From an uncultured bacterium (lineage in GTDB: Bacteria > Verrucomicrobiota > Verrucomicrobiia > Verrucomicrobiales > DEV007): a DNA stretch of 64,000 nucleotides. The stretch's first letter is position 1; the number at the start of each line of letters is the position of its first letter. The notes below the pieces were generated by a model that did not search any database, had not been told where the DNA came from, and was given only the letters and a program-made list of their open reading frames with translations. Positions 1 through 9,569 of this stretch are shown piece by piece. A program made the position numbers and the translations under genes. The DNA is taken from NCBI GenBank assembly GCA_963977015.1, contig CAXBMO010000001.1:160001-224000 (forward strand). The letters run 5' to 3'.

Positions 1-828
1 GATGCTCTTTTTCGTGACCTCATGCTTTACCAGCAGGAGTGAATTCTCCGCCAGGGCGTTGATATCTCCGGTTTCAAGGTCGAGTTGGCGGGCTGAGGAA
101 AAATCGACCAAGCCGCAAATGATGGCATCGGCGCGAACAACGGCATTCTGCATTCGGCCAAGAATTTTCGCGAGGTTCGGATCGTTGACGTCGACGCCTT
201 CCATCAGGTAATCCACGCCGAGTTGGATCATGGCGAGTGGATTCTTGACCTCGTGAGCAACACCTGCAGCAAGCCGGCCGATGGATTCCATTTTTTCGGC
301 TTGGATCAGCTGAAGCTGCATCGTCTTCAGCTCCTCATTCTTTCGCTCGAGATCCGCGTTGAGCTTGGTCAGCTTTTCGCTACTTGCCTTTCGCTCAATG
401 GCATACCGAATGGAACGACGCATTGTGGCCGGCTCCATGCCATCCTTCAGCATGTAATCCTGCGCCCCCATACTCACCAAATGGGTTGCCATTTCCTCGT
501 CGGTCAGGCCGCTCAGAACGATGATGGGCAGTTTCGGCGCGGTCTGGTGAATTTGTTGAAATGTCTCGGGCCCCATGCTGTCAGGCAAAGACAAATCGAG
601 GAGCACCACGTCGAACCGGTCGGGCTCGGCACTAAGGGCTTCAATCGCACCGGAAAGGGTCGCGTGGGTCTGGATATTGACCACCATGCGATCCGGCTCT
701 TCGCGAAGCATGTGCTCGGCGAGCCTTGCATCGGCGACGTTGTCCTCAATCAGGAGAATGTTAAGCTCTCCCGGGAGGTCGTCTCGTGCGTTGGTGCCTG
801 GAGGTGTCGCAGAAACGGCAGAATCCAT
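1..828 (-). CDS. Hybrid receiver-histidine kinase (REC + coiled coil + HisKA), truncated by the window edge
   Basis: Not in the ORF track. Manual translation from ATG 828: MDSAVSATPP...LNILLIEDNVADARL...FDVVLLDLSLPDSMG...QAEKMESIGRLAAGVAHEVKNPL (NtrB-like H-box); the frame is open to position 1. Confidence 0.9.
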   Translation of the reverse strand, partial: MDSAVSATPPGTNARDDLPGELNILLIEDNVADARLAEHMLREEPDRMVVNIQTHATLSGAIEALSAEPDRFDVVLLDLSLPDSMGPETFQQIHQTAPKLPIIVLSGLTDEEMATHLVSMGAQDYMLKDGMEPATMRRSIRYAIERKASSEKLTKLNADLERKNEELKTMQLQLIQAEKMESIGRLAAGVAHEVKNPLAMIQLGVDYLMEGVDVNDPNLAKILGRMQNAVVRADAIICGLVDFSSARQLDLETGDINALAENSLLLVKHEVTKKSI

Positions 829-874
829 GGATGAAAGGGTGCAGAGGGTTTGGCTGGCCGCTTGAGCCGAAAGT

Positions 875-1312
875 CTAAGGGGTAGTTGGGAGCCGAACAA
901 TCGTCAGCCAGAAATCTTCGATGCTCTTGACCACGTCGATAAATTTGTCGAGATCGACAGGCTTGGTGATGTAGCAATTGGCGTTCAGATTGTATGCCTT
1001 GATGATGTCTTCCTCCGCCTGGGAAGTTGTCATGACCACTACCGGAATGCTCTTCAGATCTGCATCCGCTTTGATCTCTTGAAGGACTTCTCTCCCGTCC
1101 TTTTTCGGAAGATTCAGGTCGAGCAGGATCAGGTCCGGTCTGGGGGCATTGCTGAACGGTTCTTCTTTCCGCAAAAACTGAAGCGTTTCCTCCCCATCGC
1201 GAGCGATATTGAGGTGATTTTGAACTTTGCCCTCTTTGAGAGCTTCTTCCGTTAGCCGGATATCGGCAGCGCTGTCTTCAACCAATAAAATTTCGATGGG
1301 TCTACCGCTCAT
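875..1312 (-). CDS. Single-domain response regulator, Rcp1-like
   Basis: [36 protein letters not shown] and FWLTIVRLP are typical of phytochrome-associated Rcp1-type receivers. Confidence 0.92.
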   Translation of the reverse strand: MSGRPIEILLVEDSAADIRLTEEALKEGKVQNHLNIARDGEETLQFLRKEEPFSNAPRPDLILLDLNLPKKDGREVLQEIKADADLKSIPVVVMTTSQAEEDIIKAYNLNANCYITKPVDLDKFIDVVKSIEDFWLTIVRLPTTP

Positions 1313-1452
1313 AAGAATCAGAGAAAGATAAGGAACAGATCAACTGGAAGCGAATTGTACAACGGAACCGAAGCGGGTGCGAGGGAAATCCTCGATTAAG
1401 GGCGTAAAACCTCAGGAGCGAGAGTTACGGCTGCAAATTTTATCAGATTCTT

Positions 1453-1469
1453 TGATCAATTGTTGATCA
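1453..1469. promoter_or_regulatory. TGATCA-N5-TGATCA putative operator, copy 1
   Basis: tgatcaattgttgatca in a divergent intergenic region; the same architecture occurs at 28461-28477. Confidence 0.45.
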
Positions 1470-1607
1470 AAGTGGGAATCGTGGTTTATCCTTTGGCGCT
1501 TTGCAGGCGCAGAGCCCGGTTTCGGGCCTGCTCCCTCCCCCCTTTTAAAGCCTCCATAAATTTCATTTCCCTTCTTGGGGAAATGACAACCGCTTGCAAT
1601 AGACGAA

Positions 1608-3047
1608 ATGAGTTCCGTAGTTAGGTTACTAGTAGTTGAGGATGACCCTCAACTTGCGGATTCGGTCTCCGATCTTCTCCAGACCGAGGGTTTTCAGACA
1701 ACCGTGGCGAGGGATGGGACGAAAGGGCTCACCGCAGCGCTGGAGGACGATTTTGATGCCGTCATTACCGATTTCAGGCTACCGGGAACGGGGGGAATGG
1801 AGTTGCTCGAAAAGCTTCATGAATCCAAACCCAGGCTTCCGGTCATCATGATGACGGCCTACACGACCACGGATCTTGCAATCGAAGCAACTCGACACGG
1901 CGCGTTCGATTATCTGATCAAGCCGTTCCGCCTGGGGGACCTCGTTTCAGTTGCCAAGCGGGCCATTCAAACCGCGCGGATCAATGGAAAGCCCGTTGAA
2001 ATACCAGGGGATCCCCCCACCGAAGACGAACGCGAAAGCATCATTGGGACGAGCCCGAGCATGCAGAATGTCTACAAGGAAATGGGACGGGTCGCAGACA
2101 AGAATGTTACGGTGTTGATTCAAGGGGAAACGGGAACCGGGAAGGAGTTGATTGCCCGCGCGATTTACAGCCACAGCAAGCGTGCCGGACAGCCGTTTAT
2201 AGCGGTGAACTGTGCTGCGATTCCGGAGACGCTCCTGGAAAGCGAACTCTTTGGCCATGAAAAAGGCGCCTTTACGGGGGCAGACGCGAGACGGATCGGT
2301 CGCTTTGAGCAGGCCAACGAAGGCACGCTGTTTCTTGATGAAATCGGGGATATGCCGATCAATACGCAGGTGAAGATTTTGCGTGTTCTCCAGGAGCGCG
2401 TCATCAATCGGGTCGGTGGCCGTGAAGAGATTCCCGTTGATGTGCGAATTGTAACCGCGACCAATTGCAATCTCGAAGCGGCGGTTCAAGCCAACGAATT
2501 CCGGCAGGATCTCTACTATCGACTCAACGCAGCGATTTTGACCGTTCCTCCGCTGCGCGAGCGGGGAGATGACATCAAGGCGTTGGCCGGTTATTTCCTG
2601 GAACGCTACAGTCGCGAATACGAAATTGAGACTCCGCCGGTGGAAGACCAGGCGATGGAGCTGCTGATGGACTATGAATGGCCGGGAAATGTCCGCGAAT
2701 TGGAAAATGTGATTCGGAAAGCGCTTCTCAAGTGTCGCGGTTATCCTATCGCGCGGGCTGATGTTGAATCCTTGCTTGGATCGTCAGCCGTTCCAACTCT
2801 CGGGGGCGGTCAGGAGCATCCTTTTTCCCAGAAAGTGACCGATATTCTCAAGCAGGCCAAGAATGGAGACATTTCCGGAGCCTACGGTGTCTTGCTGCAA
2901 GACTTTGAGCGTGAGGTCTTTTCACAGGCGATTCGGCTGGCCCATGGTCACCAGACCAATGCTGCAAAATGGCTTGGGATTTCCCGGATTACCTTGCGGG
3001 ACAAGCTCGACAAGTACGAGTTGTTTCCAAAGAGGACATCCGGTTAA
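1608..3047 (+). CDS. Sigma54-dependent NtrC/AtoC-family response regulator
   Basis: REC domain; GETGTGKE; ESELFGHEKGAFTGA; LFLDEIGD; WPGNVRELEN; C-terminal Fis-type HTH. Confidence 0.96.
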   Translation: MSSVVRLLVVEDDPQLADSVSDLLQTEGFQTTVARDGTKGLTAALEDDFDAVITDFRLPGTGGMELLEKLHESKPRLPVIMMTAYTTTDLAIEATRHGAFDYLIKPFRLGDLVSVAKRAIQTARINGKPVEIPGDPPTEDERESIIGTSPSMQNVYKEMGRVADKNVTVLIQGETGTGKELIARAIYSHSKRAGQPFIAVNCAAIPETLLESELFGHEKGAFTGADARRIGRFEQANEGTLFLDEIGDMPINTQVKILRVLQERVINRVGGREEIPVDVRIVTATNCNLEAAVQANEFRQDLYYRLNAAILTVPPLRERGDDIKALAGYFLERYSREYEIETPPVEDQAMELLMDYEWPGNVRELENVIRKALLKCRGYPIARADVESLLGSSAVPTLGGGQEHPFSQKVTDILKQAKNGDISGAYGVLLQDFEREVFSQAIRLAHGHQTNAAKWLGISRITLRDKLDKYELFPKRTSG

Positions 3048-3053
3048 TCGGGA

Positions 3054-3536
3054 TCAGCCGGCGGCCAGCAATGCGTCGTCGAGAATCTGCAGGGTGAATT
3101 CGGCGATCCCAAATTCAGTTGATGCGCGGGGACCGGCAACGTTCAACGTGTGAACGGTGTGCTCGATCAGAAACCGGCGCAGCGCCATCGCCGGATCCTT
3201 GGTCGCGGACCGGGATAAGTGAATCCAGGGTTTGCGAAGTTGTTCGGCAAACTCACGGGTCAGCGCAGAGCCTCCGGTCAGTTCGGGGGCAAGCCCGAAG
3301 ATCACCGTTCCGTCAGAATCCTGGACGTTGAGCCGGGTTCGTATGTGATAACGGCTTTCGGCGGTTTCCGTCAGATCATATTGCGCTGAAATGGGGCCAT
3401 CTTCCGCTCGTCTGCCCTGCGGACACCATCCACCATGCGGGAGGGCATTTGCGATCGCCCAATCCAAGCCCGCACGATCGGCTCCCGTTTGGCCGCCGGA
3501 GACGATTTTTTCAAGGGGAAGAGCGGAGTCGATCAC
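3054..3536 (-). CDS. Putative molybdenum carrier / YpsA-like SLOG family protein
   Basis: [50 protein letters not shown]. Confidence 0.88.
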   Translation of the reverse strand: MIDSALPLEKIVSGGQTGADRAGLDWAIANALPHGGWCPQGRRAEDGPISAQYDLTETAESRYHIRTRLNVQDSDGTVIFGLAPELTGGSALTREFAEQLRKPWIHLSRSATKDPAMALRRFLIEHTVHTLNVAGPRASTEFGIAEFTLQILDDALLAAG

Positions 3537-4465
3537 GGATTTATATCGAGGAGCTCAACATCGAAGATCAGCGTGGCATAACCTGGAATCTTGGGCGGCG
3601 AACCGGTCTCGCGGTAGCCCAGGTCGTAAGGAATGAAGAGGCGATATTTCGAACCGACGTTCATGAGTTGCAGCCCTTCCGTCCAACCGGCGATCACACC
3701 ATTGAGGCCGAACGTGATTGGTTCCCCTCGTTGAACGGAACTGTCAAAGACGGTCTCGTCGATCAACATCCCCGTGTAGTGGACTTTGACCCGGTCTGTC
3801 GCCTTGGGTTTCGCGCCGTTGCCTTCCTTCAAGACTTTGTATTGGAGTCCTGATGACGTCCAGAAAACGCCCTCCTCCTCGCCGTTATCGAGCAGGAACT
3901 GCGCGTTCTTTTTCTTGTAGGGGCTTCCCGATTTCGCCGCCTTCGAAATCTTCGCGAACCCCTTTTTCTTGCCGACGAATCGGCTGATCTCCTGAAAGGA
4001 CTTTGCAATGGCAGCTTCATCGGCCAACGGAGTCTGCTGTTCTTGGACCGCCTGAATCGCCTTGCTGAATTGCTCGGCATCAAGCCTGACGCCATTGGCA
4101 ACGAGATTTTGAGCAAAGGTCGTTCCGTAGGCGATGCTCGCTTTTTCTTTGAGTCCATCCGGCAAATCTGCGGGCGCTTCGTTGAGAAAATCGCGAAGTT
4201 CTTGAAAGGTCGATTCAATCGCTTTGGCGTCTGCTATCGGCGGTTTCCCGTCCAAGACGGCTTGGAACGCTTCTTCGAGTTTTCCTGGGATGAGGGTGAT
4301 TTCATCGCCGGCGAGCTGATTGGCAAGATGAGTTCCATAGGCGACGCTGGCGCGTTCCATCATGGCCTGATCTTCCTCGCTCAGCTCGGATTCGGAATCG
4401 GGAGCGGCATACGCTGCGGCGAGACCAATCAGGCACACTATAAGAGGTCGGACCAAGGGCTGCAT
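3533..4465 (-). CDS. Exported FKBP-type peptidyl-prolyl isomerase with duplicated FKBP_N domain
   Basis: Signal peptide; two ASxAYG... repeats; [41 protein letters not shown]. Start placed at ATG 4465. Confidence 0.9.
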   Translation of the reverse strand: MQPLVRPLIVCLIGLAAAYAAPDSESELSEEDQAMMERASVAYGTHLANQLAGDEITLIPGKLEEAFQAVLDGKPPIADAKAIESTFQELRDFLNEAPADLPDGLKEKASIAYGTTFAQNLVANGVRLDAEQFSKAIQAVQEQQTPLADEAAIAKSFQEISRFVGKKKGFAKISKAAKSGSPYKKKNAQFLLDNGEEEGVFWTSSGLQYKVLKEGNGAKPKATDRVKVHYTGMLIDETVFDSSVQRGEPITFGLNGVIAGWTEGLQLMNVGSKYRLFIPYDLGYRETGSPPKIPGYATLIFDVELLDINP

Positions 4466-4540
4466 GAGGCGAATTTGAACCCAGAGCAACGGTGGTCAAG
4501 AGAGAATCGAGCGACGAATTTTCTAACAACCCGCTTGTTT

Positions 4541-4557
4541 ATGCAATTAAATTGCAT
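4541..4557. promoter_or_regulatory. Perfect 8-1-8 palindrome ATGCAATT-A-AATTGCAT, Zur/Fur-like box
   Basis: 11 bp upstream of a Zn-binding protein gene. Confidence 0.6.
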
Positions 4558-4568
4558 GAGTCTGAAAA

Positions 4569-5498
4569 ATGCAATTTCACAAACTCTTACTCCTTGGAAG
4601 TGTTGGTTGGTTGAGCATGGCAGGGCTCTCGGCCGAACCCCTTAAAGTTGCTGTTAGTGTTCTCCCGCAAGCCGGTTTTGTGGAACGGGTGGGAGGATCA
4701 CACGTCGAGGTGATCGTTCTAGTGGATGAAGGGAAAGACCCGCACTCTTTCTCACCCACTCCCAAACGCGTGACCTCGATTACTGAAGCTGACATTTGGT
4801 TCACGAGCGGAATGCCGTTTGAAGATCCACTCTTGAAGAAAATGAAGCAGCGCAAGGATGGGCCCCTGATTGTCTCCATGAATCAAGGCATCGACTTGGC
4901 TCCATCGGCCGATTGCGAACATCATCACCATGATCACGAGCATGAGCATGAAGAACATGCCGAGAATGAAGGGGAAGAGGAGCATCATGCTCACGACCAT
5001 CATGATCACGGCGAATTCGATCCTCACAGTTGGCTGTCGCCCGCGCTCATTCCTGTTCAACTGGTAACGATCGCAAGTGAACTCGGTAAGCTCGATCCCG
5101 AACATGCGGACGAATTTGAGGCCAACGCATCGGCCTTCGCAGATGAGGTGTTCGATCTCGACGAGCGACTGGTCGCCGACCTTGCACCTCTCAAAGGCTC
5201 CACCTTCTACGTGTTTCACGCGGCGTTTGGATATTTTTCCGGCGCCTATGGTCTCACTCAGGAGGCGATTGAAACCGGCGGTCGCGAACCATCAGCCAAG
5301 CATCTGACCAAGCTGATCGATGATGCCCGCAAAGACGGCGTGAAGTTGATTTTCGTGCAGCCTCAGTTCAGCGATGCCAGTGCCCGCAAAATCGCCGAGC
5401 AGATTGGCGCGACGGTTCTTTCCGTTGATCCGTTGGACAAGGATGTGCTGGGAACGCTGCGTTCGATCGCAGATGCTGTGAAAGCTTCGCGAGGCTAA
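4569..5498 (+). CDS. znuA: Zinc ABC transporter substrate-binding protein with His/Glu-rich loop
   Basis: Signal peptide; DPHSFSPTP, His-rich loop, DPHSWLSP, VFHAAFGYF, IFVQPQFS. Confidence 0.9.
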   Translation: MQFHKLLLLGSVGWLSMAGLSAEPLKVAVSVLPQAGFVERVGGSHVEVIVLVDEGKDPHSFSPTPKRVTSITEADIWFTSGMPFEDPLLKKMKQRKDGPLIVSMNQGIDLAPSADCEHHHHDHEHEHEEHAENEGEEEHHAHDHHDHGEFDPHSWLSPALIPVQLVTIASELGKLDPEHADEFEANASAFADEVFDLDERLVADLAPLKGSTFYVFHAAFGYFSGAYGLTQEAIETGGREPSAKHLTKLIDDARKDGVKLIFVQPQFSDASARKIAEQIGATVLSVDPLDKDVLGTLRSIADAVKASRG

Positions 5499-5620
5499 GC
5501 CAAAGCTCGAGGTTAGGCGATTGGGCGAGTGGATTCCCTGAATCCAAGGCGTCTTCAAGGTTGACAGAGGTGCTGAGCAATCCATCTTCACGCCAAACGC
5601 CCCGTCACCCAAAATACTAG

Positions 5621-6637
<1,017 letters not shown>

Positions 6638-6677
6638 AGTCTGGGAAGTCGATCACCTTTTCGATTCTCTTTTGTAT

Positions 6678-6711
6678 GGCGGGGCGACCTTGAAAAGTCG
6701 CCCCGTCTTTT
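6678..6711 (+). terminator. Intrinsic terminator-like hairpin between gap and pgk
   Basis: ggcggggcgac / gtcgccccgtc stem followed by tttt. Confidence 0.65.
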
Positions 6712-6730
6712 ACGCTCAAATCCAAGTTCC

Positions 6731-7939
6731 ATGCCCAAGAAATCCGTTTCAGATGTTGTCGTGAAAGGCCGCCGCGTTCTCGTGCGCGTCGATTTCAATG
6801 TCCCGCAAGATGATGCTGGTGAGATCACCGATGACACCAGAATTCAAGCTGCCCTGCCGACGATTAATCACCTGGTGCGAAACGGTGCCAAAGTGATCCT
6901 CATGTCTCACCTGGGACGTCCGAAAGGAGAGCGCAAACCGGAATTTTCCCTGGCTCCCGTCGCCAAGCGCTTGGGCGAACTGACCGATGCGCAGGTTCAC
7001 TTTGCGGATGATTGCGTTGGCGAAACCGCGACTGCGGCCGTGAACCATTGTGGTTACGGTGAAGTGGTTCTGTTGGAGAATGTGCGTTTTTACAAGGAGG
7101 AAACGGACAATGATCCGGAGTTCGCCAAGAAGCTGGCCGAACACGGGGATGTTTTTGTGAATGATGCTTTTGGAACCGCACATCGCGCACATTCTTCGAC
7201 CGCTGGAGTTGCCAGCTACGTCGATGAAGCCGTGGCTGGTTTTCTCATTCAGAAAGAGCTGAAGTTCCTGGTCGAGGAATTGGAAAGCCCGAAAAAGCCA
7301 TTCGTGGTGGTGATGGGCGGCGCGAAGGTCTCCGACAAAATCGCGATTTTGGAGAGACTAATGGAGAAGGCCGATTCCTTCATCATTGGCGGTGCGATGG
7401 CCAATACCTTCCGGTTTGCGCAGGGGTATGATATTGGCAAGAGCTTTGCTCAGCGCGATGATGAAGCTGTCGCGCTGGCCAAAGGCATCCTCAAAACTGC
7501 CGAAGAGAAGAATATTCCATTTCTCCTTCCTGCCGATACCCGGCACACGGAAAAATTTGAAGATGATGCCCCTACAGAGTGCACCGCACTTTGGGCAGAA
7601 GGCGGTTCAGTCCCTGCGGACCGTGAGGGGATCGACATTGGAGACAAGGCGATTGAGGAGTTCTCCGCAGAGCTTTCCAAAGCCGGAACCATCATCTGGA
7701 ACGGCCCCATGGGCGTATTCGAAAAGCGTGGCTTCGACATTGGAACCAAGGCCGTTGGTGCGGCTATCGCAGCCAATGACAACGCGCTCAAGATCGTCGG
7801 TGGTGGAGACTCTGTTACCGCCGCAAACCAATTTGGATTTGGCGAGAAAATGGATCACATGTCGACAGGTGGTGGCGCCAGTCTGGAATTGTTGGAAGGC
7901 AAGGAATTGCCGGGAATCGCGGTTTTGGACGACGCCTGA
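6731..7939 (+). CDS. pgk: Phosphoglycerate kinase
   Basis: RVLVRVDFNVP; SHLGRP; NDAFGTAHRAH; GGAKVSDK; STGGGASLELLEGK. Confidence 0.99.
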   Translation: MPKKSVSDVVVKGRRVLVRVDFNVPQDDAGEITDDTRIQAALPTINHLVRNGAKVILMSHLGRPKGERKPEFSLAPVAKRLGELTDAQVHFADDCVGETATAAVNHCGYGEVVLLENVRFYKEETDNDPEFAKKLAEHGDVFVNDAFGTAHRAHSSTAGVASYVDEAVAGFLIQKELKFLVEELESPKKPFVVVMGGAKVSDKIAILERLMEKADSFIIGGAMANTFRFAQGYDIGKSFAQRDDEAVALAKGILKTAEEKNIPFLLPADTRHTEKFEDDAPTECTALWAEGGSVPADREGIDIGDKAIEEFSAELSKAGTIIWNGPMGVFEKRGFDIGTKAVGAAIAANDNALKIVGGGDSVTAANQFGFGEKMDHMSTGGGASLELLEGKELPGIAVLDDA

Positions 7940-7959
7940 AAGTTTGGCCGTTTGCGACC

Positions 7960-8748
7960 TCAAACCGCGGGAAAGAAGTGATTGAGCGCCTCTGCGACTC
8001 CTTCGCCGTATTCCGCACCCGCCACGTAGCCCCCGGATAAGCGAACGGTCTCCTTGACCGTTTCGATGGAGTTTGCGGGACAGGCAAGGTGAGCGGCGAC
8101 CTCAGGATCGAGTTTTGGCAGATCGTTGTAGTTGTCGCCAGCTGCGAAAATGCAATCGGCTTCGACGCTGAGGTGTCGACCCAATTCGGCGAGGGAAGTT
8201 CCCTTGTTGAAGTCGCGGTGGGCGAACCGCAAATAGATGGTGTTTCGCTCGTAGTGAATGGATGAGTCGGGATCGGCTTCCCGGTGTGTCTCGATCACCT
8301 CGCAAATTCCGTCCATTTCGGCTTCGGTTGAGGCGATGATTTCATGCGGCGCGTGAGCCTTCTCGATGAATGTGGCAGAGGTCTGGTCCTCGACAAATTT
8401 CTGGATCAATTCGAAGAATTCCGGGGCATGATAAACCATTTCGCGGCAGGCAAAGGCGCGCCTCATGTTCCAGTCGTTCACATCAACCCACTCATCGCCA
8501 TGGGGTTCCAAGAGACAGGTTTCCTCAACAATCAGGTAATCTGGCGGAAACGGGATTCCACACCATTGCAGGCCCTCCTCGGTGTATTCCAGGGTTCGAC
8601 CTGTGTTGACGACCCAAACGGCTCCTTGCCCGCGGAGACGCGTCAATGCGTTGACCAAGGCCTTGTGGACGGGAGGGCTGCCGATCGGATCGACGGTGGT
8701 TCCGTCAAAATCGAGGCTGAGGATGAGGGAAGGGGAGTGATTGGCCAT
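7960..8748 (-). CDS. HAD-superfamily (class IIB) hydrolase
   Basis: SLDFDGT, VNTGR, NKG, AAGDNYNDL motifs I-IV. Confidence 0.88.
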   Translation of the reverse strand: MANHSPSLILSLDFDGTTVDPIGSPPVHKALVNALTRLRGQGAVWVVNTGRTLEYTEEGLQWCGIPFPPDYLIVEETCLLEPHGDEWVDVNDWNMRRAFACREMVYHAPEFFELIQKFVEDQTSATFIEKAHAPHEIIASTEAEMDGICEVIETHREADPDSSIHYERNTIYLRFAHRDFNKGTSLAELGRHLSVEADCIFAAGDNYNDLPKLDPEVAAHLACPANSIETVKETVRLSGGYVAGAEYGEGVAEALNHFFPAV

Positions 8749-8806
8749 GTGTTGTCGCCTTGCTGATTCGCTTTGAAAAGTGTCAGGAGCCGATGATACT
8801 GCGAAT

Positions 8807-9088
8807 ATGAAATCGGCTTACGAACTCGCAATGGAACGTCTCGAAAAAGAGGCGCCCGTAAAGGCTCTGACAGAAGAACAGAAAGAGGAAATCTCAAAGG
8901 TGGAAAATCGCTTCAAAGCGAAGATCGCGGAGAAAGAAGTGTTTCTTCAGGGATTGATTGAGCAAGCGGAAGCTCAGCAAAACCTCGAAGAACTCCTGGC
9001 TCTGAAACAGCAGTTGGCTTCGGAAGTCAACCGCATCAACGCTGACATGGAAGAGGCGAAGGAAAAGATCCGAAAGCGCGAATCCTGA
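8807..9088 (+). CDS. Small coiled-coil hypothetical protein
   Basis: MKSAYELAMERL start; E/K/Q-rich helical composition. Confidence 0.8.
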   Translation: MKSAYELAMERLEKEAPVKALTEEQKEEISKVENRFKAKIAEKEVFLQGLIEQAEAQQNLEELLALKQQLASEVNRINADMEEAKEKIRKRES

Positions 9089-9190
9089 TCCGGTTTTGGA
9101 TCGTCGCGAAGAATCTTCGCGAAAAATAGAATCCCCAATCCGCTGACAATCAACGGGTTAGGGATTTTTGGAATTTTTCTTACAAAACAT

Positions 9191-9218
9191 TAAACAAACT
9201 CTCAGATCTGCATCGCTT
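9191..9218 (+). promoter_or_regulatory. Putative alternative-sigma promoter TAAACAAA-N14-TCGCTT upstream of sRNA copy 1
   Basis: The same two boxes with the same 14-nt spacing lie upstream of copy 2 (26574-26601, - strand), while the spacer sequence has diverged. Confidence 0.55.
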
Positions 9219-9224
9219 TATTAA

Positions 9225-9377
9225 TAGAACGGCGAGAGATCGCCTAAGAATTTCCCCGAGGAACACCGAAACGGACGCTAAATCCCTTCAGTGAATATCG
9301 GGTTCTTCAAAAAAGTGTTGAATTGTGCGCGTGGCTTACGGGCGTGCCTCTCCCCAGAGGCGCGCCCGTTTCCTTTT
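9225..9377 (+). ncRNA. Putative small RNA, sibling copy 1 (5' end estimated)
   Basis: Intergenic; 9295-9366 is identical over 72 nt to the reverse complement of 26409-26480; ends in the hairpin gggcgtgcctct/agaggcgcgccc plus a U-rich tail; 5' GAGA-tetraloop hairpin at 9231-9244. Confidence 0.75.
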
Positions 9378-9569
9378 GCATCTAGGTAGGAAGATTGCCC
9401 GCCGCGTGGATCGCTCGAACAAGACCGGAGCGGTGCAGTAATTACGCGTGCAGTGCAGGAAGAACGCAGTAGGAAGCCAAAGATTCCGCGGTTACTCTTC
9501 CTTCGGCGAAGCCGCACTCTTTACCTGATCCTCGTCAAATTCATTGGCGACAGGTTCACTTGAAATGCA

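Noticed and set aside
4915-5010. CAT/GAG-rich short tandem repeats
   Set aside because: They encode the His/Glu-rich loop of ZnuA; not a CRISPR or DNA-level repeat.
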